The position numbers were made by a program, and so were the translations under genes. The notes beneath the pieces were generated by a model, which was not told the origin of the DNA, ran no database searches, and saw only the letters and a list, made by a program, of their open reading frames with translations. This document shows positions 9,401 to 20,702 of a DNA stretch of 64,000 nt, piece by piece. The stretch lies in contig CAWHAE010000010.1 in assembly GCA_963827235.1 (NCBI GenBank), forward strand, positions 416,001-480,000, in the 5' to 3' direction. Source of the DNA: an uncultured bacterium (GTDB lineage: Bacteria; Chloroflexota; UBA5177; JANWHV01). Each line of letters starts with the position of its first letter. Within the stretch, counting starts at the first letter, position 1.

Positions 9401-10678
9401 TCAGCTGATCGGGTACGAACGGTACGATTTGACTGCCTCGTAGAGCGACAGCAGGTTCTCGGCCGGTACTCCGGCCTGCACGTTGTGTATCGTATTGAAG
9501 ATGAAGCCGCCTCCGGGACCAAAGGTGCGCATTCGCTCTCGCACCATCTCTCGAATCTCGGCCGGCGTGCCGAACGGCAGCACGTGCTGGGTGTCGATTC
9601 CGCCGCCCCAGAACGTCAGCCTGTCTCCGAACCGCTCTTTCAGTCTGGCCGGGTCCATCTCGGCTGCCGAGGTCTGCACAGGATTCACGCCGTCGAAGCC
9701 GGCTTCCACGATGTCGTCGAGCAACCTCCAGATAGAGCCACAGGAGTGAATGACGCACTTCCACGAGGTAGTGGCGTGGATCCAGTCGTTCACTCGTGCG
9801 TGGAAGGGCTTGAACAGCGTTCTGTAGGTCTTCGGTGCAATGAACGGACCATGTTGGGCGCCGAAGTCCGCGGCAGTCACGCGAACAGCGGAGACGTTGT
9901 CGCCGACGGCGCGACTGATTCGCTCGAGGTTCTTGAGCGCGATAGCACACTGGCGGTCGAAGACCTCGTGGATGTAGTCTCGGCGCGTGCTCAGACTGAC
10001 ATACCATTCCTCGACGTCGCGAATGCCCTTAGGGTGCCGCAGTTTGAGCCCCGGCACTGTGCCTATGTCCCCAAATGAGGTTCCGCCGAAATTCGCCATG
10101 ACCGCCCTGCCAGTAGCTGCCAGTCGAGCGCTTTCCCGGCGGAGATAGGAGAGGTCTGCATCGCTGATCTCGCCAAACTCCTCCAGATTGTCGTCCACGT
10201 TCAGCGTGTCGTCGTCTATAGGCTGCTGGCGGATAATGGCGTCGAAGTAGAACCCGCCCTTGGGCATCCGCGCGGAGGCCGGCGCCGAGGTGTCGCCAAG
10301 CGGGTACTGGAGAACGTCCCCGTTTGCCTCCGGTTCCGTGTTGAAGAGCTCCGGGACCAGTACCGGCGTGCCGTCAAACGTGGTCCACGGCTTCCAGCCT
10401 TCGTTTCTGAAACCGAACGAATTGACCGGCAGGCTCAAGCCGACCACGTCGACGCCGAGTGCCTCGACCAGATCGGGCCCGATCTCGCCAAGCATCTGGT
10501 ACGGCTGGACAACCTTGACTGGCGTGCCAGGTGGATCTAGCCGCAAGCCTTGCCTCAGCCTGTATACAGAGGATACGTGCATGCCCGTCTCAGAGGTGCT
10601 GCCAAGGTCGAGGGGAACGCGATCGGGTTCCTGATGCTGCAAGCTGAGCTCGACCCGCGCCCGCGATGTCAATGCCAT
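9401..10678 (-). CDS. Second URO-D / MtaA-CmuA superfamily protein
   Basis: HQEPDRVPLDLG, IHSCG, NPVQTSA, WGGGIDTQ, GPGGGFIFNTIHNVQ. Confidence 0.88.
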   Translation of the reverse strand: MALTSRARVELSLQHQEPDRVPLDLGSTSETGMHVSSVYRLRQGLRLDPPGTPVKVVQPYQMLGEIGPDLVEALGVDVVGLSLPVNSFGFRNEGWKPWTTFDGTPVLVPELFNTEPEANGDVLQYPLGDTSAPASARMPKGGFYFDAIIRQQPIDDDTLNVDDNLEEFGEISDADLSYLRRESARLAATGRAVMANFGGTSFGDIGTVPGLKLRHPKGIRDVEEWYVSLSTRRDYIHEVFDRQCAIALKNLERISRAVGDNVSAVRVTAADFGAQHGPFIAPKTYRTLFKPFHARVNDWIHATTSWKCVIHSCGSIWRLLDDIVEAGFDGVNPVQTSAAEMDPARLKERFGDRLTFWGGGIDTQHVLPFGTPAEIREMVRERMRTFGPGGGFIFNTIHNVQAGVPAENLLSLYEAVKSYRSYPIS

Positions 10679-10878
10679 TGCCGTCTCCCCCTTTGCCAGC
10701 ACAACGTTCCGGAGTCCCGGAATGCCTGCAACCCAACCGGCCGAAGTGCACGAGCCCGGCTGCCGCACCGGCCTACTTCACACTCGGGTTCAGCCAGCAC
10801 CGGAGCGGCCGCCAACGCAACGACCACATGCAGGCCGGGTCGCGGTGCGATCGGACTTGCCCGGCCGGCCCGGCACTA

Positions 10879-10940
10879 ACCTTACCGCGTGCACACGACA
10901 CTAGTCAACTGTTGACATACTCGACAGCGGATCGTAGGAT
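10879..10940. promoter_or_regulatory. Divergent promoters sharing operator GTCAACTGTTGAC (10904-10916)
   Basis: + strand TTGACA(10912)-17-TAGGAT(10935); - strand TTGACT-18-TAAGGT (10884-10879). Confidence 0.8.
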
Positions 10941-11143
10941 CGTTCAATCAGCCCGCGGAGCCGAATGAGATGCTTCGGATCCGAGGTGGGCAGACGATGG
11001 CCTCGCTGACACGGCCACATTGTCGATCTGCCACGGATGCGGCAGGCTCAAGACGGCGGCACTCGGAGAACTTGTCCCTCTGCGAGGACCTGCCGAGCAG
11101 GCATCGGCAGCAGCGGCGGTCGCGAATCGGGAGGAGGCAGACA

Positions 11144-12388
11144 GTGAAAATCACCAAGCTGGAGACCATCTGGCTGGACGCACATCCGCACACCCTCTGG
11201 CTGCGCGTGCACACCGATACAGGTCTGGTGGGTTTGGGCGAGACCTACTATGCGCCGAGGGCTGTCGCCGCCCTGATCCACGACGTTCTGGCGAATCTTC
11301 TCATCGGGCGCTCCGCCTTCGATATTGAGCAGCACTGGGCGAACATGTTCGCCACGGTGAGCTTCTTCGGCTTCGCCGGGGCCGAGATGCGCGCGATGTC
11401 GGCCGTGGACATCGCGCTCTGGGATCTGGTGGGCCAGTACACCGGACAGCCGATCTATAACTTACTAGGCGGGCGCGTGCGAGAGCGCGTCAAGGTCTAC
11501 AACACCTGCTCGAGCTGGGGCCGATATCTCGACTATGAGGCGTGGAATCGGGACGCCGGTGCGCTGGCCCAGGATCTGCTGAGCTCCGGGATCTCGGCCA
11601 TGAAGATCTGGCCCTTCGATCGCGTGGCGGCACAGCTGGGATCGCCGCCCGGCCAGCGCATCAGCATTCAGGCGGCCGGCCCCCTGGCCCACTACCTTTC
11701 ACCTCAGGCTCTGCGTGAAGGCCTGAGACCGATCCAGCAGATTCGCGACGCGGTAGGCGAGGACATGGAGATCGCGATCGAGGGTCACTGTCGATGGGAC
11801 CTTCCGGCATCCATGACGATCGCCCACGCGCTGGCTCCCTATCGAGTGCTGTGGCTCGAGGAGATCATGCCGCCGGATAACCTCGATGCCTACGCGCGGC
11901 TTGCTGCGGCGTCGCCGGTGCCCATCTGTGCCAGCGAGCGACTGTTCACGCGCTTCGCCTTCCGCGAGCTGATCGAGCGGAAAGCCGTGCACATCGTCAT
12001 GCCGGACATTGTGTGGACGGGTGGACTCACGGAGACACGGAAGATTGCCGATCTGGCGGACGCGTACTGCCTGCCCATTACCACGCACGACACTGTCGGT
12101 CCGGTGGCCCTCTGGGCCGGCGCCCACCTGGCGCTGCACGCGCCGAACACCATGATGGTCGAGACGGTGAGGGGCTACTATCTCGGCTGGTATAACGACA
12201 TCCTTACGGAGGCGATCACGGTGCGTGAAGGCCAGCTCGATCTGGCCGGTCGCCCCGGTCTCGGCGCTGCCCTTCGTGATGAGGTGCTGCGGCGGCCGGA
12301 TGCGCACATTGAGGTCACAGCGGAGACGGACGTCAGGGAGTTGCCCATCGAGCCGGATCCGGCGGCCAGACAGGAGACGCCTCGATGA
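11144..12388 (+). CDS. Mandelate racemase/enolase-superfamily acid-sugar dehydratase
   Basis: GGAGGAGG RBS + GTG; GLGETY, SAVDIALWDL, MKIWPF, IEGH, WLEE, ASER, PGLG. Confidence 0.9.
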   Translation: MKITKLETIWLDAHPHTLWLRVHTDTGLVGLGETYYAPRAVAALIHDVLANLLIGRSAFDIEQHWANMFATVSFFGFAGAEMRAMSAVDIALWDLVGQYTGQPIYNLLGGRVRERVKVYNTCSSWGRYLDYEAWNRDAGALAQDLLSSGISAMKIWPFDRVAAQLGSPPGQRISIQAAGPLAHYLSPQALREGLRPIQQIRDAVGEDMEIAIEGHCRWDLPASMTIAHALAPYRVLWLEEIMPPDNLDAYARLAAASPVPICASERLFTRFAFRELIERKAVHIVMPDIVWTGGLTETRKIADLADAYCLPITTHDTVGPVALWAGAHLALHAPNTMMVETVRGYYLGWYNDILTEAITVREGQLDLAGRPGLGAALRDEVLRRPDAHIEVTAETDVRELPIEPDPAARQETPR

Positions 12389-12547
12389 GCGGGCGTGCCC
12401 GGGTGCACGGACGCCGGTGAGAGATCGCGGACCGGCAGCCGATGCCAGCGCTCGACGCGCTTCCGGCCGGCGAAGCCTGACCTGCGCACGGCAGTCCGGG
12501 CGACGAGTGACGAGTTGTGGAGTTCGGTCCAGGCAGGAGAGCTGAGC

Positions 12548-13622
12548 ATGCAGGATTTCGCGTTGAGGTACACGGGTGACATGTGCGATGCGGACGGCAG
12601 CCCGACGTCCGACCTCGGTTGGGACCTGCTCGACGGGTCGCCGCACATCCACCGAGGCTTTCTGTCCGACCAGCAGCCGCGGCGCGACGACCCGTCATAT
12701 CACGATCGCCTCTACTCGCTACAGGTTGAGTCACATCATGTCGAGTCGTGCAACGGTATCGTCGTTTGCCGGCCGTGGGTCAAGGCTTCCGCGTTTGCCC
12801 GGGGCGCTGGGGTGCTGATCGGCATCGGGCGGGCCGGGATCGGCTACGACAAGATCGACCTGGCGGCCTGTACGGCGAACGACGTCGTGGTCTTCAACTC
12901 GCCCTACGGCCTGACGCATACGACGGCCTCGGCCGCGCTTTTCCTCATCTTGGGTTTGTCCCGGCGGTTCTACCTGCAAGAAAGAATCGTGCGCGAGTAC
13001 CGCTGGGACTTGCAGAACGAGGCGCTGGGTGATGACCTGAGCGGCCGGACGCTGGGTATCATCGGGCTGGGCAAGACCGGACTGGAGCTGGCCCGTCTCG
13101 TCGCGCCTTTTGACATGCGCATCATCGCCTATTCACCGCATGCCGATCCACGAGCGGCGAGCGCACTCGGCGTCACTCTGGTCGGCAGTCTCGACCAGGT
13201 TCTCCGCGACTCCGACTATCGTGAGTCTGCACTGCCGGCTTACCGAGCACACGCACGGCATGCTCGGCGAGCGCGAGCTGAGTCTCATGAAGCCGACGAG
13301 CTATATGGTGAACGTGGCACGCGGCGAGCTGATAGATGAGGAAGTGCTGGCGCGATTCCTGCATACGCGCAGGATTGCCGGCGCGGGCTTGGACGTATTC
13401 GTGACGGAGCCGCTACCGCGCTCCAGCCCATTGATGCATCTCGACAACGTCATCCTCACTCCGCACTGGCTTGCGTCCACGAGGCAGGCCGGGCGGGCCA
13501 CCATCGTGCCTATCGTAGAGGGCATGCTGCGGCTGTCACGAGGCCAACTGCCGGACAACATCCTCAACAGCGAGGTGCTGGATCGGCCCGGCTTCCAGGC
13601 CAAGCTCGGCCTCTACCGCTAG
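12548..13622 (+). CDS. D-2-hydroxyacid dehydrogenase family protein, frameshifted near 13220
   Basis: RAGIGYDKID and GLGKTG in one frame; SLHCRLT, NVARG, DVFVTEP, LTPH in the next. Confidence 0.85.
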
Positions 13623-13897
13623 ACCTATCTGCAATTGTCCGCCTTGACCTCCACAGTCTTCCGAGCCGCGGCAGGTCGGGCAGCGGCAGACTTCACGCGG
13701 TGCCGCGAGCCTACGCGGGAGGGAGTGGAGTGCATAGCATCTCTGCCCCTCGCCGGTGAGAGCAGCCCTCGTCCAGAGGGAGGAACCGAAACTGGAGCTA
13801 TGCTGCGGGGACCGCAGATCGGGCTCGGCCGCGTGCGGCGATGCGGAGCCCGCGGGCCTTCTGCCTGGTGCGACACCGGGCCGCGCGGCCCGATCCG

Positions 13898-13932
13898 TTG
13901 CGACTGATGTCGCCGTAGTGTATACTGTCGAC
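13898..13932 (+). promoter_or_regulatory. Sigma70 promoter TTGCGA-17-TATACT with operator variant GTATACTGTCGAC (13920-13932) over the -10
   Basis: Read directly; lies upstream of the uxaE-like operon. Confidence 0.65.
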
Positions 13933-14136
13933 GGAATCACGCGCATAGCTCGACCAGAGTTGTGTATGGTCGTGGCATTCAACTCGACGGTCGTGACTCT
14001 GAGGCGCGGCAGCAGATGGGACCTGGGTGGCGTCGCCCGGCCATGCTGGAGATCGACTCGACCTTACCCCGGTTCGGTTGAATGACTCGCGGGCTCTCTA
14101 GCCCTGGGGAGACGATCGTGGTGCCGGAGCGGATCC

Positions 14137-15874
14137 ATGGAGAATGATCAGGCCTATCGGCGGCTGGGGCTGAACCCGGCTACCAATCCAGCTATCCTAG
14201 CAACGTCAACCTGGGATCCGGCGCGCGCCTGGCGGCAGGTACAGGAAGTTGGAGACCAGTGGCGAATCGGGCTCGGCGCGCTACGCGCCAAATCCGGCTG
14301 GTCGGCCTCCAACGGCACACGGGTGCACAGTGCCTCGGCGGCCGGTCGCGGCGCGGCGCTCTTCTGTCTCGCCGGCCTGGCCGACGGCCAGGAGGTTCTG
14401 CTCGAATTTGGTCGGGGCGGCGGCGGTCAGGCTCTGGGTGAGCCACTGGGCGTCTTGCGCCTCGGCGACGGCCTGAGCCTGTCGGCATATGTCACAGATG
14501 CATCTGTCGTGGATAGGTACTTGCGGCTGCTGGCTCCCGAGAAGGGTCCTCGACCGCTCGGGGCTACGCCGCGCCTAGGTATTGGCTGCCGCATGACCAC
14601 CGCGGTATGGCCCGGCGTGTTCCAGGCCATGAGCGGGCACGGCTTCGCGGCGAATCCCATTCAGAACTCCGTGCGCGAGCTCAGCCTCCTGGACGACGTG
14701 CTGGCCGGACGCCCGCCGGAGCGCAATTACGCCTGCGGCTTCGGCACCATCGAGAGCGGATATACCGGCAGCACCTACGAAGGTCTCTGGCTAGCCGGCG
14801 TACTCGCTGCCCTGCGGGAAGAGGCGACGCTTCGGTACGGTGCCGACGCGGATCATCTGCAGGTGAAGCGCGGCCCGGATGGTCGCGTACGAGCGCGGAA
14901 GCTGATCGAGGCCGCTCGCTACTACACCTTCTTCACCATGGACATGGCGGACATCCTGCGCTACGACGCGCTCGACGGAATCGCCGACATGGGATTTTCT
15001 GGAGCGGCATGCCGGCGACCCGGCAGAGCACAAAGCCATAGTTGCGCTCCATCGTGCGCCATTCCAGGTGGGGAGAGTCTCGTACGGCCCGAGCGATGAG
15101 TTGATCAACCGGCTGGCTGCGAAGTACTGGGACGCTCTCGACGCTCTCGAGAACCTGGCTGCCGATATCTCTACCCTGAAGGACGGCCAGACCTTCAATC
15201 TGGAGCTGACCGTCGACGAGCATCCCGCGGAGGTGGGCGCATTCGACTGCCTGACCAGCCCGGAAGAGCTGCTGTTCCTTCTGCGCGAGATCCAGCGCCG
15301 CGGCCTACCGGTCACGCACGTGGCGCCGAACTATGGGGCTGAGAAGGGATGGGACTACCGTGGCGCCGACGGCCTGGAGGCACTGGAGCGCCGCGTGGCG
15401 ACGCTGCAGGCTCTAGCAGGGCAGTTCGGCGTGATGCTGGATTTCCACTCCGCCGACGACCTTTCGGCGCCGGTACGGGCCGTGCTTCGCCGCGCCACCG
15501 GCGGATGGCTGCACTTCAAGATCTCCCCGATGCTCCAGCTACTCTTTGCGGACTTGCTTCAGGAGCAGCACCCGGAGACTTTCCTCCGCTGGTGGGCCGA
15601 TTCGCTGGACTACGCGCGACGTGAGGCAGAGGCCGGATCGGACTTCGCCGCGGAGTGCTTGCGCGCTTTCGAGAATAGCGCCGACCGGACTCCCTCCCGT
15701 CGCCACCAGGTGTTCCACCACTACGGGTTCGCCTACGTGGGACGCCGCTCCGCAGAGGGCAGGCTGGAAAACCGTGAGCAGTTCTACACCTTGCCATCCG
15801 AGTTCTACCGCGCGTACCAGCAGCGTCTTGCCGACTATGTGGGCGGCCTGGCCGTGGACTTGTTTGAGAGGTAA
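14137..15874 (+). CDS. Tagaturonate/fructuronate epimerase (UxaE)-like protein, frameshifted near 14990
   Basis: RLGIGCR, IQNSVREL, YGADADHL, FFTMD; then ELTVDE, HVAPNYG, DFHSADD, LHFKISP in the second frame. Confidence 0.75.
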
Positions 15875-15879
15875 CACGC

Positions 15880-16551
15880 ATGCAGCTATTCATCGATAGC
15901 TCCAACCCAGACGAGATCGTCAGGGCTACGGAATGGGGCATTATCGAGGGAGTGACCACGAACCCCTCGCTCATAGCCAAGGCGGGTCCGCACATGCGAG
16001 ACACGCTGCGGCGGATACTCGACGTAGCGCCCGGCGTCGTGCTCTGCCAGGCTGTTGGTTGGCACGACTGCGCTCGACTCGTGGCTCAAGCACACTGGCT
16101 GCACCGATTCAGCGAGCAGATCGTCGTCAAGCTGCCCATGAGCGCGGAAGGGCTCCAGGCGCTGCAGCGCTTGAAACACGAAGATCCGTCGATGCGCATA
16201 GCCATGACGGCCGTCGCGTCGATCGCCCAGGCCTATCTGGCCGGGAAGTGCGGAGCCGATATCGTCGCCGTGTTCAACGGCCCACTGGATCAGGTTCTCG
16301 ACCAGCGCGTGGATCTCGTGGGGCCGATCAGGCGGATCTATCAGAACTACGGCTTCGCGACGAAGATTCTCTCCTGCGGGCGCTACCCGCGAGCCTTCGG
16401 AGAATTCGCGGTGGCGGGGAGCGATATCTGCACGCTGAAGCTCGAGTTCCTGAAGATGCTGTTCGAGCACCCATTCACGGACATGCGGATGCACGGATTC
16501 CTTGACGACTGGCAGGCAGTGTTCGCTGAAGCGACCTGGCCGGCCGAGTAA
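15880..16551 (+). CDS. Transaldolase / fructose-6-phosphate aldolase family protein (atypical active site)
   Basis: LFIDS, GVTTNPSL, VVKLPMS (Schiff-base Lys), HPFTD..MHGFLDDW. Confidence 0.85.
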   Translation: MQLFIDSSNPDEIVRATEWGIIEGVTTNPSLIAKAGPHMRDTLRRILDVAPGVVLCQAVGWHDCARLVAQAHWLHRFSEQIVVKLPMSAEGLQALQRLKHEDPSMRIAMTAVASIAQAYLAGKCGADIVAVFNGPLDQVLDQRVDLVGPIRRIYQNYGFATKILSCGRYPRAFGEFAVAGSDICTLKLEFLKMLFEHPFTDMRMHGFLDDWQAVFAEATWPAE

Positions 16552-17342
16552 TGGCTGAGAACGTTCTCGAGAGCTTCAAGCTGACGGACCAAGTCGCCGT
16601 GGTCACCGGGGGTGCGCGCGCGCTCGGCCGGCAGCACGCACTTGCCCTTGCCGAGGCCGGCGCGCGCGTGGCAGTGTGTGATCTGCTCGTCGAGGATGGC
16701 GAGAGCACTCGGGCGGACCTGGAAGCGCTTGGCCGTCCTGCCTACTTCGGGCAGGCCGACGTCGCCGATACCGGCCAAATCGACGCGTTTCTCGCGGACG
16801 TCGAGAGAGTGCTGGGACCGATAGACATTCTGGTCAACAACGCGGCAAGGCCGTCGGAGGGTGTCGCGCTGGAGACCGTCGACGACGATCTGTGGCGCGA
16901 GATCGTGGATGTGAATCTCTCGGGAGCGTTCTACGTGGGCAAGCGCGTGGCGCAACGCATGATCGCGCGTGGGCGCGGCGGAGTAATAATCAACATCGCG
17001 TCCATCAATGCCAGCGTGATCAGCAACATCCTACCGCGCCATAACGTTACCTACTGTGTAGCGAAGTCAGGAATTGCCCAGCTGACGCGAGGCATGGCCG
17101 CCGAATGGGCAGACTACGGCATCCGCGTGAACGCTCTCGCGCCCGGCTACATCCTGACGCCCCAGACCGCGGTCAGCGCCCGTAGCTCGGAGATCCGAGA
17201 GCGAATCATCGCGAGCACGCCCATGAAGCGGTACGGGAACCTGGACGAGCTGAAGGGGGCAATCGTGTTCCTTGCGTCCAGTGCCTCGTCCTTCATGACC
17301 GGCTCGGTCCTGTATGTCGACGGAGGGTTCACCATATGGTAG
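16551..17342 (+). CDS. SDR oxidoreductase (gluconate 5-dehydrogenase/sorbose reductase-like)
   Basis: TGGARALG, NNAA, YCVAK, RVNALAPGY. Confidence 0.9.
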   Translation: MAENVLESFKLTDQVAVVTGGARALGRQHALALAEAGARVAVCDLLVEDGESTRADLEALGRPAYFGQADVADTGQIDAFLADVERVLGPIDILVNNAARPSEGVALETVDDDLWREIVDVNLSGAFYVGKRVAQRMIARGRGGVIINIASINASVISNILPRHNVTYCVAKSGIAQLTRGMAAEWADYGIRVNALAPGYILTPQTAVSARSSEIRERIIASTPMKRYGNLDELKGAIVFLASSASSFMTGSVLYVDGGFTIW

Positions 17343-18810
17343 CTGGGCAGACGCACGTGCGCACGTTTGAGAACTATATCGGCGGACGCTGGGTGAGCTG
17401 CAGCTCCGGAAGGACAGTGCCCGATGTCAATCCCGCCGATCGAGATGAGATCCTCTGCGAAGCACAGGCGTCGTCACCGTCCGATGTAGACGACGCCATG
17501 CAGGCGGCCGGCGAGGCCTTTCCCGCCTGGAGGCGTACGCCGGTGCCGGAGCGAGCGGCGGTCCTGCAGGAACTGGTGCGCGTGCTGAAAGAGCGCCGGG
17601 ATACCTTTGCACGCGCTATAACGCTGGAGAACGGCAAGACGTTGCGCGAGGCGGGCGCGGAGTTCGACGCGGCCGTGAAGGAAGCCGAGTTTCAGATCGG
17701 CGAGGGCCGCAGGCTGGGAGGCGATCACCTGCCTTCGGAGAGACCTGAGGTGTTGTGCTATGTCGGGCGCCAAGCGCTGGGCGTAGTGACTCTGATCACG
17801 CCATGGAACTTTCCGCTCAATGTGGCATGCAGAAAGCTCTTCCCGGCAGTGATCGCAGGGAACTGTTGCGTGCTCAAGCCGGCCGAGTTCACGCCGATGA
17901 CGGCAGCGCTCCTGGTGGAAATAGCACATCGGGTGGGTTTTCCTCCCGGCGTGATCAACCTGGTGACCGGACGGGCTCGGCAATCGGCGATCGACTGGTT
18001 ACTCACCCTGCGGTGCGAGCAGTCTCGTTTACCGGCTCGACCGAGGTGGGCCTGGGTATCGCGGCGAAGGTCGCGCGCCGACCAACCAGAGTTCAGCTCG
18101 AGATGGGTGGCAAGAATCCGCTGGTCGTGCTCGACGATGCCGACCTCGGGGCGGCGATGGAGGCGGCGCTGATAGGTGGCTACTCGTGCAGCGGGCAATG
18201 GTGTACCTCGACCAGCAGGGTGATTGTGGAAGCACCGGTGTACGACACGTTTCTCGAGATGCTGGTGGCCGGCACGGAACAGATTGTCGTGGGCAACGGC
18301 CTCGACGAACGGACGGGGATGGGTCCCGTGGCCGGGTCCAAGCAGTATCAGACCATCCTGGACTACATCGATGTGGGCAGGCGCGAAGGCGCGCGCCTCT
18401 GCCGTGGAGGCATCGCGCTCACCGACGTCGATCACGCCAGCGGATACTACGTGGCTCCGACCGTCTTTGCCGAGGTCATCCCGGGTATGAGGATCGCTCG
18501 AGAGGAGATCTTTGGCCCGGTTCTCTCTGTGATGCGCGCGACCGATTTCGACCACGCGCTGAATCTCGCCAACGGTTCTGACTATGGTCTGTCTGCCTCG
18601 ATCTACACCAATGACCTTGCACGGGCGCATCGCTTCGTCGAGGAAGCTGAGGTGGGTCTGTGTCACATCAACATGCCGACGTCCTGGAAGGAGCCGCAGC
18701 TCGAATTCGGCGGAGTGAAGGACTCTGCTCGAGGTCTGCCGGAAGCAGGAAGGACGGGAGCGCTGTTCTTTACGGATCACAAGGTCGTGTACATCAGGGC
18801 ACACATGTAG
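17336..18810 (+). CDS. NAD(P)-dependent aldehyde dehydrogenase (alpha-ketoglutaric semialdehyde DH-like), frameshifted near 17970
   Basis: ITPWNFP, LKPAE; FTGSTEVG, LEMGGKNP, SGQWCT, EEIFGP, FGGVK. Confidence 0.88.
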
Positions 18811-18993
18811 CGCCGCGGACGTTCTTCGCACTCGTTGCAGGGTCGAGAGTACCGTCGGTGGCAGGTCTCCAGCGGCGTGTGTTCGGCGTGCACAGGCGAT
18901 CCGTGTTCCAGGCGCGCTGCCTGCCGCCAAACTCGCTTACACATCCGAACATACGCACGGGATATGTGGAGACTGCCAGAGGGCTGCCTAATT

Positions 18994-19031
18994 GCTGACT
19001 GTTGACACGAACCCCTTGAATGAGCTAGAGT
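18994..19031 (+). promoter_or_regulatory. Promoter TTGACA-18-TAGAGT with operator variant GCTGACTGTTGAC (18994-19006)
   Basis: Read directly; lies upstream of the ABC transporter operon. Confidence 0.65.
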
Positions 19032-19187
19032 ATGATGCGTCCAAGAACCCGAAGAGGCTGGAACGGTTGTAGTCGTTCGGCGGCGGCTGCCGGGCTGACG
19101 GGAAGGAGGTAGCCAGAGAAGAGATTGGTGAAGCTGCCTGCGGAAATCGTTAGCACTTAGTCATCGCACTGGAACCTCATAGAGGAG

Positions 19188-20621
19188 TTGAATGCTATGA
19201 GTGCAAAGCCAACGAGTCGGCGTGATTTCCTGAAAGCTGCTGCGGGCACGGTCGGCGCCGGCATCGCCGCGGCGAGTGGGCTCGAGGGAGCCATCAGTAC
19301 GGTAGCGGAGGCTGCTCCGGCTGCGGTGCGCTCGGCTAGCCTCGAATCGTCCGGGACGATGTGGTGCATGCTTTGGCAGCCACACATCAACGCTTTCAAC
19401 GAGATGATTGCGCTGTTCAAGAAGCAGACCGGAACGACTATATCTCTCAGGCCGCAAGCAGCGGCTGCTCTGGCTCGGCGATTGTAGCTACAAAGTTTAT
19501 TGCCGCCACTGCCGCGGGCACGCAGCCCGACATCTGCGCCAACACCGGGCAGAACCTGACGTTGCTCGCCGCGCAGGGCGCGCTGAAGGACATCTGGGCC
19601 AACGTCTACCTGGCCAATCACATCGTCGTGTCGCGCGATTTCGTCGGCGATTCGGTCGACGAGTTCTCCTGGCGCGGTCACGTTTACGGTGTGCCACTGG
19701 AGTGTGACGGCGGACTCGGCTCCTTCGCCAACGTGCGGACCGACTTGGTCAAGGCAGCAGGCCTTGCCGACAGTATCCGCCCACAAACGGGCAGTTCTGG
19801 TTCGACAGCTATGACCAGCTATTCGCTCTGGCGAAGGCACTGCAGGCCACTTCGGGCGGAAAAGTCACGCGGTATGGGCTGTGCGGCGAGGGTTGGGATG
19901 ACGCCGCCATCAACATGCTCATCGAGACACAGGGCACCCCGGTTTTTGACCAGGCGACCAAGACCTTCAACTACAATTCTCCCGCGGGCATCAAGGCGAT
20001 GCAGCTCCACGTCGTGCACCCGTCAAGATGGGGATCGAGCGCGAATGGGGTGACAACATTGCCGTAGAGAACGTGGCGCTCAAGGGCGAGTGCGCGATCA
20101 GCCTGACCAACGGCTCTGCCTCCATTTTCGGTCCTGCACTCGGCTACGACTTCCAGATCGCAGGCTCGCCGAAGGTTAACGGCAACACACCTGTCGCCGT
20201 GGGTTCCGGGCAAGGTTGGGGCCTGGTCGAGTCCGCCAAGGCTCACAGCCCGAACGCCGCGGATGCCTTCCTGCGGCTGGTATGCTCGCGGACAGGCCAG
20301 CTTATCTATGACCGGATCTATGGCGGCGTGTCTATCGTGGCTTGGAAAGACATTCTCGACCATGATACGACTCGCTTCGCGAAGCCGTACACCACGAATG
20401 CCACCTATCAGACCGTCAGCGTTCCGCAGGTCAGGACATGTACGAGACCTGCAAGTACATAGGCGAGGTGGGCTACTACAACAAGATCGTCGACGCGATC
20501 GTCAGTACGTGCCAGTCGGTCCGGCTTGGCAAGATGAACGCCACGCAGGGCGCGAAGGCCATCCAAACCCTGGCCGAGGCGCAGTACAAGCAATATACTG
20601 AGCGATCTCTCGAATCTGTAA
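19188..20621 (+). CDS. Sugar ABC transporter substrate-binding protein with Tat signal; about 5 frameshifts (pseudogene or sequencing errors)
   Basis: SRRDFLK; AAGTQPDI, YGVPL, YDQLFALAKAL, NSPAGIKAMQ, GWGL, AFLRL across frames (shifts near 19460, 19772, 20020, 20435, 20598). Confidence 0.75.
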
Positions 20622-20702
20622 CGGGAGTCGAGCACGTCCAACTCGCGCACGGAGCCACCATGGCTCGCCAGGGAGCTCCGTGACGTCGGGCGGAGTATTA
20701 GT

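Noticed and set aside
19150-19176. CIRCE-like half site TTAGCACT (also ctagcactc near 23662)
   Set aside because: No GAGTGCTAA partner 9 nt downstream; no chaperone genes nearby
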